Assembly (NCBI GenBank): GCA_963665115.1
Contig: OY762007.1
Coordinates: 1,152,001-1,216,000, forward strand
From: an uncultured Rivularia sp.
GTDB lineage: Bacteria > Cyanobacteriota > Cyanobacteriia > Cyanobacteriales > Nostocaceae
Direction: 5' to 3'
DNA: 64,000 nucleotides
Shown: positions 31,836-43,449 of the stretch, one piece after another
How the letters are laid out: each line of letters begins with the position of its first letter
Numbering within the stretch: the stretch's first letter is position 1
Program-made: the position numbers and the translations under genes
The notes under the pieces: generated by a model
The model's database searches: none
What the model was told of the DNA's origin: nothing
The model's input: only the letters and a program-made list of their open reading frames with translations

Positions 31836-33059
31836 TTAAAAGACATTACAAGCGATGCGGAAGCCAACATAATAATGTCCAAAACTTTCGTAATCGACAA
31901 GTTTAAAACGTTTAGCAGAGCGTAAATAGTCAGGATTATCTTTCCAACAACCACCGCGTAATACTCGCTCATTAGAGCCACTATAATTGTGATGAACCCG
32001 TGGATTACCATTCTTAGGGGCTTTTTCATAGTTGCTATACCAGCTATCTTGACACCATTCCCAGACATTTCCGTGCATATCGTATAATCCAAAAGCATTA
32101 GGAGGGAATTTACCGACTGGGGCTATCTGGTTTCGGAATTCTCCTTGTGATTCGTTTAAATATGTATTGTTAGCTTTGTAATTAGCTAATTCGCTGGTTA
32201 TTGTTTTTCCATAGTGGAACGGTGTTGTTGCTCCCGCTCTACAAGCGTATTCCCATTCTGCTTCGGAAGGTAATCCGTATTTTTTTCCGGTTGCTTTTGA
32301 TAATCTCGAACAAAATTCTACAGCATCATGCCAGGTTATATCGCATACAGGACGATTTTTCCCACCAAAAAAACGAGAATCCGGGTCTAAATCTAGATTT
32401 ATCTTAGGTAATATAGCTACTGCTCTCCATTGTGCTTGAGTAACTGGATATTTCCCCATGAAGAAGGGTTTTATTGTGACTCTATGTTGGGGACGTTCGT
32501 TATTGCTGCTTAATTTCTCTCTTTTTGGTGAACCCATCATAAAAGTACCACCAGGAATGTAAGCCATTTCCAAGGTTTTATCATTACCCAAATCTTCAAC
32601 AAAATATTTAGCGTTAGCTAATCGCTGCTTTCGATAAAGTTGACGTTGGATAATTTTAGCCAGATTTTCAGTGAAGTATTTAGCTAAACTCTGCTGACGT
32701 TGAATTATCTCACCACTACGATTTACCGTCACAACTTCAATCAACTCTAATTTCATACTTAGAGGTTGAAATTCTTGTAATGCTTTTTTAACTTTAAGTT
32801 CGTTTCGGGGAATTAATAGAGAATAAGCTTTTGCTTGTACTAGTGGTGATTCATCTTCCAAAGCTTTGATGATTAAATCTATTCCTGCTTCTTTGTAATT
32901 TAAAGCTTGTTCAACTGCTACTATTCTTATTTCTGGATTCGGATTATTTAATTTTCCCTTTACCCCTTGTATTCCACCAAGTACTGCTGCATCTTTTGAA
33001 GGTTGATTTTGACCACCCAATACTACGTCGTATGGTTTCGGATTTTGATTATCTGACAT
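31836..33059 (-). CDS. FGE-sulfatase paralog 3
   Basis: Same motifs; the start MSDNQNPKPYD matches paralog 1. Confidence 0.88.
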   Translation of the reverse strand: MSDNQNPKPYDVVLGGQNQPSKDAAVLGGIQGVKGKLNNPNPEIRIVAVEQALNYKEAGIDLIIKALEDESPLVQAKAYSLLIPRNELKVKKALQEFQPLSMKLELIEVVTVNRSGEIIQRQQSLAKYFTENLAKIIQRQLYRKQRLANAKYFVEDLGNDKTLEMAYIPGGTFMMGSPKREKLSSNNERPQHRVTIKPFFMGKYPVTQAQWRAVAILPKINLDLDPDSRFFGGKNRPVCDITWHDAVEFCSRLSKATGKKYGLPSEAEWEYACRAGATTPFHYGKTITSELANYKANNTYLNESQGEFRNQIAPVGKFPPNAFGLYDMHGNVWEWCQDSWYSNYEKAPKNGNPRVHHNYSGSNERVLRGGCWKDNPDYLRSAKRFKLVDYESFGHYYVGFRIACNVF

Positions 33060-33115
33060 CTGAAAAACGAGGAACTTCTTTATATTTATTGTTCCCAGTT
33101 GATTTTGAAAAAGAA

Positions 33116-33270
33116 TCATTTCAATTCACAGACAACTCGAAAACCTATATAGCCGAAGTCATTAAAAACATCACCACGATTTCCTCGGGAGCAACGATAA
33201 CGGTGTGCGGAACGACATAAATCGGAACCTTCAATCCAAGAACCACCCCGTAGAACTCTCATCCTATTGA
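33116..33270 (-). pseudogene. Orphan 3' fragment of a fourth FGE paralog
   Basis: RVLRGGSW...CRSAHR...IGFRVVCELK*, cut upstream by a palindromic element at about 33272-33370. Confidence 0.75.
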
Positions 33271-33393
33271 TAAGCTGTAACGCACTTAATTTGTATAGTA
33301 CTAGCGGGCAAGATGCCCGCACTACAATAATTCCAATTTTTTTTAATACAACTTAGCTGCACATCAGTTCAAAAGGAGGAAATCTCAAATCAT

Positions 33394-35328
33394 CTATGCC
33401 GAAAAATCAAACCCAAATACAGCATCATTAAAATCATTATCGCTTTCACCAAGATTACTGGGAAGGTCTTCAAAACCGAAGATATTGTTTCCACGAGCTT
33501 GTAAATGTGAAGCTCCATCGGGATTGGCTCCAACAAACCCAAAATAAGCTACTGCATCATCGCGGAATTCAGCAGCATTATTAAATGTATTTCCTTCTCC
33601 ACCTTCGCTTTCTACAAATCCATCAAAACCTAAATCCCCACCGTTAGCAATAATAAACGGAGAATACAAGGTTCCTCCATTCAAAATTACACTTCCAAAT
33701 TCTTCAACTGAGGTGTTTTGATCTTCATCTCCCGAACCACCGGCTTCGATGACAAAATTATCAATTCGGTTTTCAATTGCTGCTAATGCATAACCTTCCT
33801 GTCCGGGGAGTATATCACCTATACCATCATCGTTTGTGTCTATTGCTCCGCTGGCATCTGCGATTTCGTAAAAGCCGACAAGGTTGTCAAATGCTGCATC
33901 AGTTCCCAAATCCAACATATCGTCAGTTAGTCTAGCAACGATATCGGTTCCCGCATTTGTGGGAGTTGTATCGAATATTAAACTGCTGATTGAATTATCT
34001 TCGGCTGCATCAAATACAACATTGACAATTTCACCAGTCCCTGAATCGGGTGTTGGTGTTGGTTCAGTTTGCGATGTATCTCCAACATTTATCTGTACCG
34101 TTGCGGGTTCGGATGTCGAGGTACCGTCGCTAACTGTATAGGTAAAACTATCTGTTCCGTTAAATCCTTCGAGGGGAGTATAGGTAAATGAACCGTCGCT
34201 AGTAAATGTATAACTACCATTTTTAGGATTCTCGACAACCGTAGCGCTTAATCTATTCCCTTCAGCATCCGTATCGTTTGCTAATACTCCGCTATTTACA
34301 TCTACATTTAAAGGCTCTCCAATATCCGTTGTGTAACTATCATTTTGAGCTACTGGAGCGGTATTGGTGAGGGTTCCAACATTTATCTGTACCGTTGCGG
34401 GTTCGGATGTCGAGGTACCATCCCTAACTGTATAGGTAAAACTATCTGTTCCGTTAAATCCTTCAAGGGGAGTATATGTAAATGAACCATCGCCGGTAAA
34501 TGTAAGACTACCGCTATCGGGAGCGTCGGCAATCGTAGCATTTAATGTATTTCCTTCTGCATCGGTATCGTTTGCCAATACCCCGGCATCTACAGCTACT
34601 TGCAAAGGTTGATTTGCAGCCACGGTGTAGCTATCGTCTTGAACTACTGGAGCAGTATTACTTCCTGCGGGTGGAGCTTCAACATTTATCTGTACCGTTG
34701 CAGGCTCGGAAGTTAATTGACCATCGCTAACTGTATAGGTAAAACTGTCTGTTCCGCTAAATCCGTCCAGGGGAGTATATGTAAATGAACCATCGCTGGT
34801 AAAGCTATAACCACCACTAACGGGATTATCGACAATCGTAGCGCTTAGGCGATCGCCCTCGGTATCGGTATCATTTGCCAATACTCCAGCATTTACATCT
34901 ACATTTAAAGGTTGTGCCGAAGCAACTGTGTAACTATCATTTTGAGCTACTGGAGCGGTGTTGTTTCCTGGTTCAACATTTATCTGTACCGTTGCAGGTT
35001 CGGAAGTTAATTGACCATCGCTAACTGTATAGGCAAAGCTATCGGTTCCACTAAATCCATCAAGGGAAGTGTATGTAAATGAACCGTCGCTGCTAAAGGT
35101 ATAGCTACCACTATCGGGATTATCGACAATGGTTGCACTTAATGTATTGCCCTCAGCATCCGTATCATTTGTCAATACTCCGGAAGCTACATCTACATTT
35201 AAAGGTTGACCGGAAGCGGCTGTGTAAGTATCGTTTTGAGCAATTGGAGGGCTGTTTTCTACTTGTTGGGGTACTGGTTGCAGTTCATTCTCTTGTTCTT
35301 CTGGATTATTAATGATTTCAGGTTCCAT
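33394..35328 (-). CDS. Surface protein with four Ig-like (Big_9/cadherin-like) repeats and an acidic C-terminal DUF4114-like domain
   Basis: Four repeats of about 98 aa (GVLANDTD...SDGSFTYTP...GTDSFTYTV) and a FGFEDL...DNDFNDAV tail. Confidence 0.85.
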   Translation of the reverse strand: MEPEIINNPEEQENELQPVPQQVENSPPIAQNDTYTAASGQPLNVDVASGVLTNDTDAEGNTLSATIVDNPDSGSYTFSSDGSFTYTSLDGFSGTDSFAYTVSDGQLTSEPATVQINVEPGNNTAPVAQNDSYTVASAQPLNVDVNAGVLANDTDTEGDRLSATIVDNPVSGGYSFTSDGSFTYTPLDGFSGTDSFTYTVSDGQLTSEPATVQINVEAPPAGSNTAPVVQDDSYTVAANQPLQVAVDAGVLANDTDAEGNTLNATIADAPDSGSLTFTGDGSFTYTPLEGFNGTDSFTYTVRDGTSTSEPATVQINVGTLTNTAPVAQNDSYTTDIGEPLNVDVNSGVLANDTDAEGNRLSATVVENPKNGSYTFTSDGSFTYTPLEGFNGTDSFTYTVSDGTSTSEPATVQINVGDTSQTEPTPTPDSGTGEIVNVVFDAAEDNSISSLIFDTTPTNAGTDIVARLTDDMLDLGTDAAFDNLVGFYEIADASGAIDTNDDGIGDILPGQEGYALAAIENRIDNFVIEAGGSGDEDQNTSVEEFGSVILNGGTLYSPFIIANGGDLGFDGFVESEGGEGNTFNNAAEFRDDAVAYFGFVGANPDGASHLQARGNNIFGFEDLPSNLGESDNDFNDAVFGFDFSA

Positions 35329-35724
35329 ATTTCTATTGCTAAAACTACACTACAGTTCAAATCTTTAGGTCAATTGGTCATCTATTTTACAAAGGGTTAA
35401 TAGCCTTTATATAACTTCGATCAAGAATTGCAAATAATCCTAAAGGAATAGAACGGCAAATTAAAATTGCTTTAAGTGCATTAATAGCAGAACTATAGAT
35501 AATCCAAATATTTAACCCGGTAATGGTATACAGATATTTTATAATTGGAGATTGGGGGGATTTTTTTTATGCTGGTAGGTTGATGTGAGGAATTTCAAAG
35601 TTAAAAGATGATGAGTTTTTTGATGTCCGATTGATTTTTTCTAACAGATGTTCTTGTGGTGTTACGACTTCTGCTATTTTCTATGAGAAAAACCCCCGTA
35701 AATGGGGGAATATATCGGTTTTTG

Positions 35725-35934
35725 TTACTGCATTGCTGCTTCAGCAAGTGCTTCTAAATGAAAAGAAACGTTTTTGAGCGACATTTCAATTTCGTTACTG
35801 TAAGAAAGCTTTCTCCACATTCGAGTTGTAGCATTATCCAGAGCGGTTGAATCCAAGTATTGGGCAAAAATTACTAACCTTTCCGAATCTGTTTTTGCTT
35901 GTGCCAAACTTTCTAAAAATTCTTGAGGTGCCAT
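35725..35934 (-). CDS. Small hypothetical protein (69 aa)
   Basis: GGAG RBS upstream, helical composition and a downstream hairpin at about 35690-35710. Confidence 0.6.
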   Translation of the reverse strand: MAPQEFLESLAQAKTDSERLVIFAQYLDSTALDNATTRMWRKLSYSNEIEMSLKNVSFHLEALAEAAMQ

Positions 35935-36594
35935 TGTTTACAACTCCATTGATGTTCGCTTTTTGAGTCTTTATATTTTTGCCACAACTGGATTTAAAAT
36001 TCTGATATCTGCTTACCTTGATTCAATAATTTTTGATTTTAATTAGTAGGATGTTTTACGCAATTAATTTGTATAGTACCCTTCGTGCAAGATGTATGTC
36101 CTGACGGACACACTGAGCCGCACTTCGTGAACGTTAACGCACTACAAATTAGATCGTGCCGTAACGCACATCTTGCACCTTTGTTAGCTTTCACAATCGC
36201 CTTGGAATAAATTCCCAGGCTGATATACCAAGTCTGATAAATCAGATTGGGCATGGCTTTTAGTGCGTTTTAACGTACTTAGTATATTAGCCTTGAAATT
36301 GATTTCTCTGCGTTCACGCGGCTAGCGGAGCGTACCGTAGGTATTGCGTGCGGGCTAGAAAGCCTCCGGCTTACAAGGCGGGAAATCGGGCTTAACAATA
36401 ATGGTGCAAGATATCAGGTAACGCACCATCAGCAATTAGAAATCTCCGCAAATAAAAAAGAACTGCATACAAACCTAATTCCAGGTTTATCTTCTTACAT
36501 CCATATGCCGGGTATTAATCCTGACACTGAAATATAATGCGAATATAATGTGATTAATAATATCAATTTTTGATTTACTCTTTAATCTACCGCA

Positions 36595-38824
36595 ATGGAT
36601 GATAATTCAATACAGCCATCTATCGCTGCTTTAAAAGAAAACATAACCCAGGCACAATTAGTAGCAGCTTCCTCGACTACCAACCCCGATTTATTGCGGG
36701 AATTAGCATTATTTAACGATGAAAAAACTCGCGAAGCAGTTGCGAGTAATGCGAATACTCCACCCGACGTGCTTGTACAGCTAGGAGAAGAATTTCCATC
36801 TCAATTGTTAGATAATCCCGTATTTCCACTATTGCTTTTAGAAAATCCTAATTTTATTAGAGAAATTCCTTTAACTACTTTGAGGAGTATTCTTCAACAG
36901 GAAAACGTTCCGGATTACATCTTGGAGCAAGCAGCAGATAAAGCAGATATGGGAGTGCAATTAGCGCTTGCTAATAATATTAAAACTAGTAGAAGTATTT
37001 TAAATCGGTTGAGTCAAAGCCGAAATTCCGAGGTTGTGGAAGCTGCGAATTTACACGTTAATCTTGTGGGGGAATTGACGGAGGGAGTTGAGGAGAAGAT
37101 TGAGGAGTTGGTTCAAAAAGTTATACCTTCTGGCTACCAAAATGATATTCGTAATCTTACATTTGTCCTTGCTCAAATCTGTTGTATTCCAAAATTTATT
37201 ATACAAGTTTGGGTTCAGGAAAAAACCTACATGATTATGTGTAGAGAGCTTGCTGAGTCTTTTGCTACTACTCCAAATATTCTTAAGTACTTAGCAAATC
37301 ATACCGATAGTTATACACGCATAAAATTAGCCATAAATCCTAATACCCCGACGGAAACTTTACATAAATTAGCAAATGAGCAACCTTCGTATATAGCTAG
37401 ATATGTAGCTATGAACCCTAGCACAACCAATGATTTATTAGAGATTTTGAGCAAACGTGAAGATAAAGAATTGGTTCTTCTTGTTGCTCAAAATGATAAT
37501 ACTCCCTTACCCGTGCTTCAAGAATTAACAAAAGATGTTGACAGAAGAATTGCACAAGCTGCCACCAAAAATTTAGGAGAGCAACAAGGAGAATACGAGG
37601 AGCAAGCAATTAGAAAAAAACCAGAAATTTCCACCGAAATTTTAGAAAAATTTGCACTAAAAGACCCCAAAAACTGTTGCTGAGCTACGGTATACACCCC
37701 CTAAATTGCTTTCCAAGTTATTCCAAAACGTTAATGAAAAACAAAAAAATGCTTTAGCCGTATATGAAAATATCGCTAGAAATCCAAATACACCAGTCAC
37801 AATTTTAGAACAGTTAGCTCACAATGAAAGTAGTTTTGTTAGACAGGCAGTTGCTATAAATTCTAGTACACCAACAAATATTTTATTTAAGCAGTTAGCA
37901 AGGGATGTACAAGTATACTGGAAAATTGCTGGGATGATGTCAACTGTAAAATCCAACGAGTACATTGAAGAAGACAATATATTAGATATTTTTGCGGAAG
38001 AAAGTACTAATTCTTTAGAAAACATTTTACAAAGATTAATACAAGAGGGAGGCTCATCTGCTCGTTTATTTTTAGCTCGTCGCTTTGATTTATCTACTGA
38101 TTTATTAGCAAAATTAGCTCAAACTTCGGAAGTTAGAGTCTGCGAAGCTGTAGCTCAGAATCCTAATACCTCTATTAGTACTTTGGATAAACTAGCCCAA
38201 TCACCAGAAACAGAAATTCGTCAAGCAGTTGCTCAAAATATTAATACATCAATCGAGAGTTTAGAAAAACTAACCCAATCACCAGAAACAGAAATTCGTC
38301 AAGTAGTTGCTCAAAATCCGAATACACCAATAAATCTTTTAGAAAAATTAGCTAAAGATAGAGACAGCAAAGTTCGGATGCATATTGCTTCAAATACTAA
38401 AGTGCCATCTAAAATTATAGATGAATTAGCGAATGACGAATCATTTGAAGTTTTCACACAAGCATTTAGGAATCCTTGCTTATCAACAAAAACTGTAGAA
38501 CGTATTCTTTGTAGTCAATATGCATCTTATTATATAAATTTTAATCCCGATTATCTCTCTTATCATCCGAACGTTAAGGCTTCAGTAATCAATCATTATG
38601 CTAATGTAGAACATTCTTCGATTTGGTTCAGTTTAATAATTTTAATTCAACCAGAAATTACCCAAGAATTACTACAGAAAAAAAGCATTTCTATTAGCTG
38701 GTTAGAACGTTTTGCTGTAGCTCAGAATCCACGAGCCGATAAAATTATCCTAAATAAGTTAGCTGAAGATTGTAACCAATTCGTTCGAGCAGCGGCAAAA
38801 GGTACAATTATATCCCTTGCATAA
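36595..38824 (+). CDS. Leucine-rich-repeat-variant (LRV/HEAT-like) repeat protein, frameshift at about 37670
   Basis: Repeated AVAxNPNTP...LEKLA units in both ORFs. They join as KDPK|TVAELRYTPPKLL after removing one base from CCCCAAAAA. Confidence 0.82.
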
Positions 38825-38852
38825 TGAATTCCAACAAAAATAAATAATAACT

Positions 38853-40964
38853 ATGCTTCCAGAAAAACAAGATTCAAAAATAAAAAAAACAGATGCTTCT
38901 AAAGAATTCCAAGACATCAGAGGTGCTGAAGGATTACTAGCAGCATATCAAAAAGGAGAACGTAATTTTCCTAACATTGACTTAGAAAATGCTGATTTAA
39001 GTACGGCTAACTTAACAGGAATTAACTTGAAGGGAGCTAACCTGAAAAGAGCTAATTTAGTAAGAGTAGATTTCCAATGTGCAGACTTAAGTGAAGCTAA
39101 TCTAAGCAATGCAAACCTTGAAGAATCAAAGTTAGATGCTGCTAATTTAAAGAATGCAATTTTAATAGAAAGTAATCTTAATTATGCTTATATGGCTCGT
39201 GCTGAATTGGTAGGAGCACAACTTCAAGGAGCTAAGTTAAAAAATGCGGATTTAACAGCAGCTAATCTGCAAAAATGTGTTTTGAATAAAGCTAATTGCT
39301 CGGGAGTAAGATTACGAAAAGCTAAATTGCAAGAAGCTAGTTTAATACAAGCTTATTTACGAAAAGGTAAATTACAGTTAGCAAATTTTAGAAATGCTAA
39401 TTTACAAAAAGCTGATTTATCTGAAACTGAATTAAAAGGAGCAATATTAACAAAAACTGATCTAAGAGGAACAAATATAGCTCAAGCGAGACAGGGAAAT
39501 TTTGACTTAGCAATTTTAGGTAATCTAGCTAAAAAAATTGAAGAATCTCTACATCTGAGTGTCGAAATATGGAGATCAGATGGGTCATCTTTTGCCTTTA
39601 GTCCTGATAGTAAAATGCTTGCATACACTGCTTCTAGAGATGAACATATTATTTTGATTAATACTAATACTGGTAAACCAATTAATAAGATAAATATTCA
39701 ATCGGAACCAGTCGTCTCAGTTTTTTTTGGTACGAATGGAATAAATATCTACGAAAGTTTTTATGTTAATGAGTTGAAAGTGTGGAATCCAGTAACAGGG
39801 AATTTAATTCAAAATCTTAAAAACCATCCTGCTAATATTACTTCTAGCGTATTTGATGGTAATGGTGAAATTTTTGACGTGATAGGAACAGGGAAACCCT
39901 TGGAGCTATTTGATCTTGGTCATGAGACACGAACCTTAAAGGGTTATTCTAGTGAGATTTTAACTAAAGCACATAGCCCAGATGGACAATTTACAGCTAG
40001 AAGCGGATCGGATACAGATGGTCAAATCGAACTACTTGATAGAGAAACTGGTAAACGAATTTGCATTCTTACCGGACATAAAGATCCAGTACAGTCTTTA
40101 GCTTTTAGTCCCAATAGCAAAATATTAGCCAGCAAAAGTATTAAAGATTTTAAGTTATGGCAAATTGGAACCAACGAAGAAATATACAGTAAATACTTCT
40201 CATCAAGACGAACATTCTACCCTACCGTTGCTTTTACTCAGGCAAAAAATCAGTCACATCCAGTTTTAGTTAGTAGCGATTTTTGGGATGAATTGTATCA
40301 TCGAGATACTTTAACTGGTAACAATGATGGTAATAAGTGGAAGATAATAATTCGAGATTCAACAGATACTGCTGTTCATGCTTTAAGTACAGATGGAAAA
40401 ATATTAGCGAGACGCTATGGAAATCAACCAGTTCAATTATGGAATTTACAAACTAGAAAAGAATTAGGTGCTATAAATTTAGCTCAAGAATATTATAGAT
40501 TAGCACTTAGCTCAACTGGCGATATTCTTGCAGTATGGGATTATGAAAAAGAAATTGAGTTGTGGGATGTTAGAACTAATAAACTAATTAATAGTTTTAT
40601 GGCCGATCCTGACGAACACGGGCAAATTGCATTTAGCGCTGATGATAAAATGCTTGCTATCGGCATTAAGGACTACAAAATTAAACTGTGGAATTTATAT
40701 AAAAATTCTGAGATAACAACTTTTCAAGAATATTCTTTTATATATGCTTTAGCATTTAGTCCTTCAGAGCAAATTTTAGCTTCTGGTAACTCTGATGGTG
40801 TAATAAGATTATGGGATTTAGAAACAATGAAGGAAATTTACTATTTCAACCAAGGAAGACCTGACAACTATAATTTAGAATTAAAATTTAGCCCAAATGG
40901 AAAATTTTTAGCAAGTAATGATGGAAGCAAAATTAAATTATGGAAACTGAAACACTCATCATAA
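38853..40964 (+). CDS. Pentapeptide-repeat + WD40-repeat protein
   Basis: A(D/N)Lxx repeats at the N-terminus; AFSPxxxxLAS...IxLWD repeats at the C-terminus. Confidence 0.9.
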   Translation: MLPEKQDSKIKKTDASKEFQDIRGAEGLLAAYQKGERNFPNIDLENADLSTANLTGINLKGANLKRANLVRVDFQCADLSEANLSNANLEESKLDAANLKNAILIESNLNYAYMARAELVGAQLQGAKLKNADLTAANLQKCVLNKANCSGVRLRKAKLQEASLIQAYLRKGKLQLANFRNANLQKADLSETELKGAILTKTDLRGTNIAQARQGNFDLAILGNLAKKIEESLHLSVEIWRSDGSSFAFSPDSKMLAYTASRDEHIILINTNTGKPINKINIQSEPVVSVFFGTNGINIYESFYVNELKVWNPVTGNLIQNLKNHPANITSSVFDGNGEIFDVIGTGKPLELFDLGHETRTLKGYSSEILTKAHSPDGQFTARSGSDTDGQIELLDRETGKRICILTGHKDPVQSLAFSPNSKILASKSIKDFKLWQIGTNEEIYSKYFSSRRTFYPTVAFTQAKNQSHPVLVSSDFWDELYHRDTLTGNNDGNKWKIIIRDSTDTAVHALSTDGKILARRYGNQPVQLWNLQTRKELGAINLAQEYYRLALSSTGDILAVWDYEKEIELWDVRTNKLINSFMADPDEHGQIAFSADDKMLAIGIKDYKIKLWNLYKNSEITTFQEYSFIYALAFSPSEQILASGNSDGVIRLWDLETMKEIYYFNQGRPDNYNLELKFSPNGKFLASNDGSKIKLWKLKHSS

Positions 40965-40970
40965 AATCCC

Positions 40971-42251
40971 TTAATCCGACAACAACCGTACCGCTTCCCC
41001 AAACGGAAACCCTTGCAACTCCAACCCCCCAGGAGTCACCACCCACAACACGGGTAATTGCGGTGCTGCATCCGGGAAAGTACCGTAGCCATCGGTCAAA
41101 TAAATACAGACACTTTGAGTATACCCATCCCAATTTTCTGCAACTTTCTCAAAAAAGGGTACAAATGAAGTTCCACCTCCTCCCTCTGGTTTCGGTAATG
41201 TCATATCAGGACTAAGTTCATAAGGGCCGTAAGCTTCTGCATCAGCATAATAAAGCTCGCATTTTAAATGTGGATATGAACTTAATATTCCCCCTACTTC
41301 GTTCAAAAACATTAATAATTGCTGGTTATCAACCGAACCGCTAGTATCTACAGCCAGATATACTTGGATACTTTCACCTTGCAGAGTTTCTAAATATAGT
41401 CCCCTGCCGATAAAACGACGGTCAAAACCGCTAAAATCAGTAGGTGTCTGCACTAAATAACGCCAAAGATAACTTCGCCAATTTATTTGAGCGGCGCTTA
41501 ATGCTCCTAATTCCCGTTCCATTCCTGCTGGAAGTGTACCTTGATTCACCGTCCGAGCAATTACGGAAGCTTGTTGTAATGCATTTCGCCAATGTTCTTC
41601 TAAAGCTGCTTTTCTTTTTACTGAAAGACTGTGTTTGCTTGTAAAATTTGTAGAATCTAAACGATTGTCACCTGTTTTTTCAACGCGAAGCCCCCCTTTT
41701 TTAAGGGGGGTTGGGGGGATCTGAATATTTGGGTTATTGTCGTTGTGTAAATCCCGTGAGTTACGAGAAGACGAAGCATCACTAGGAGCTTCAGTTAATA
41801 AATCGGGATTAACCAGCTTTAATGATTTAGAAGTATTATTCGTATTTTTCAACAGCAATTCATAAATTTCTTCTACACTCAAATCCTCCAATTTTTTATC
41901 TCTTAAACCTCCCGGAGGTAGTTCAAATACACCTTGTTTATAAATAATTCCATTCACAACAATATCTGCGGCAATATTCCATAATTCTGCTTCTCGCACA
42001 CCTTGACGCGGTACGTGGAGCAGTGCAGCGTGTAATACTTCATGTAATAAAAGTCCATCTTGTTGAGCGACGGGTAATGAATGTAAATATTCGGGATTGT
42101 AAAATATATCTTTGCCGTCAGTAGCAGCACTTGTTAATTGTTGCGATGGAATAAAGCGAGCAAATAAAGCCAAAATAGCGAAAAATGGCGATTTCATCCG
42201 CAAACGTAATAGGGATGCACTGATGATTCGGGAATTGGTTTGGGTGTTCAT
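40971..42251 (-). CDS. DUF2201 putative metallopeptidase + vWA domain protein
   Basis: ATDG, HEVLH, WNIAADIVVN, MIDAS VDTSGS, GGGGTSF and YLTDGYG. Confidence 0.88.
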   Translation of the reverse strand: MNTQTNSRIISASLLRLRMKSPFFAILALFARFIPSQQLTSAATDGKDIFYNPEYLHSLPVAQQDGLLLHEVLHAALLHVPRQGVREAELWNIAADIVVNGIIYKQGVFELPPGGLRDKKLEDLSVEEIYELLLKNTNNTSKSLKLVNPDLLTEAPSDASSSRNSRDLHNDNNPNIQIPPTPLKKGGLRVEKTGDNRLDSTNFTSKHSLSVKRKAALEEHWRNALQQASVIARTVNQGTLPAGMERELGALSAAQINWRSYLWRYLVQTPTDFSGFDRRFIGRGLYLETLQGESIQVYLAVDTSGSVDNQQLLMFLNEVGGILSSYPHLKCELYYADAEAYGPYELSPDMTLPKPEGGGGTSFVPFFEKVAENWDGYTQSVCIYLTDGYGTFPDAAPQLPVLWVVTPGGLELQGFPFGEAVRLLSD

Positions 42252-42447
42252 GGGGGGAGAGGGGACAAGGAGACAAGGGAGGGAATAATAAATCGAGTTT
42301 ATGATGATTCAAATATATGAATTAAAATGTGCTGAAATCTTTACCCAGTCCTATTCATAGGACTTTCGCTATTAGCTTGGGGTTTGCAACCCCAAGGGTG
42401 GGAATATTCACCAATCAATTTGATATAACCCAAGCGGGTGGGAATAT

Positions 42448-43449
42448 TCACAAGCCAATCAATTCCCGAAAATCTTTCATAAATTCTTGCAATTTCGCAT
42501 CTTTCTGAATCAATTGAGCCAAAACTGCCATTTGTCCTTTACTCCTCATGACTCGAAATAAATCAACTGCAAACAACTGTACCCATTCCGCTGTAGCTAC
42601 TCTACTCAACCAGGTGAAAGCGTTGTAAGCTTGATTTGCATTAACCGCACGCATTGTTAAACCAATGGTTGTTGCATACTTAATACTTGGCTCTGATGAC
42701 CAAGAAATATTTTCGCCTTTACCTTCTAAAATTGGCGTGAGATTGGGCAATGTGGTGTAAAGCTGAGTAAATGCTTGAAACTCGGCTGCTGTGGCAACTC
42801 CGACGGCTGGTGCAATATCTAATTGTGCTTCGTGTAGCTTACCTGCCATTTCCCAGGAGCGGGGGGAAGGCCAAGCCGGTTGTTGGGGGTCGATTTTGTG
42901 TAATATTGTGGGACGAAACGAAAGAAAGGCTAAGATTTGCTCGTGTAAGTTTCTTTCTAGAGCATAAGCTTTGAAACTATCAAAATCAGCTTGTACTTCT
43001 AGATGTAAAAACCGATTTGCTAGAGGTGAAGGCATATCAAATACGGCGGCTCTATCTTCTTTACGGTTGCCAGCAGCCCAGACAAACCAGCCGGTTGGTA
43101 CAACGTAAGAGCCAACTTTTCGATCTAAAATCAACTGTTGAGCAACTCCCTGCATCGCTGGTGGTGCCATATTTAATTCGTCTAAAAACAAAATACCTTT
43201 ACCCTTCCGAGGAAGGAATTCTGGCGGATACCATTTAGAGATACCATCTTCAGCGACGGGTAAACCGCGTAAATCGGTGGGTGCAAGTTGACTCAAACGC
43301 ACATCGATAAAATCAATTTTACATTCGCTCGCTAATTGTCCAACAATGCTTGATTTGCCAATACCGGGTGGTCCCCAAATCATCGTACTAATTTGCAAAT
43401 CTTTTTGAATAAGGTTGTTTAAATATGCTTTTAGTTCAGATGGAGTCAT
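42448..43449 (-). CDS. MoxR-type AAA+ ATPase
   Basis: GPPGIGKS (Walker A), LFLDE (Walker B), AAGN, LANRF and PSPRSW. Confidence 0.92.
   Translation of the reverse strand: MTPSELKAYLNNLIQKDLQISTMIWGPPGIGKSSIVGQLASECKIDFIDVRLSQLAPTDLRGLPVAEDGISKWYPPEFLPRKGKGILFLDELNMAPPAMQGVAQQLILDRKVGSYVVPTGWFVWAAGNRKEDRAAVFDMPSPLANRFLHLEVQADFDSFKAYALERNLHEQILAFLSFRPTILHKIDPQQPAWPSPRSWEMAGKLHEAQLDIAPAVGVATAAEFQAFTQLYTTLPNLTPILEGKGENISWSSEPSIKYATTIGLTMRAVNANQAYNAFTWLSRVATAEWVQLFAVDLFRVMRSKGQMAVLAQLIQKDAKLQEFMKDFRELIGL

Noticed and set aside
33116..33270. DGR template repeat
   Set aside because: It is not AAC-rich, its differences from the paralog C-termini are not confined to adenines, and no reverse transcriptase is in the window.
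36039..36430. 71-aa ORF or structured RNA
   Set aside because: The region is a stack of nested palindromic repeat elements with no recognisable protein or RNA family.
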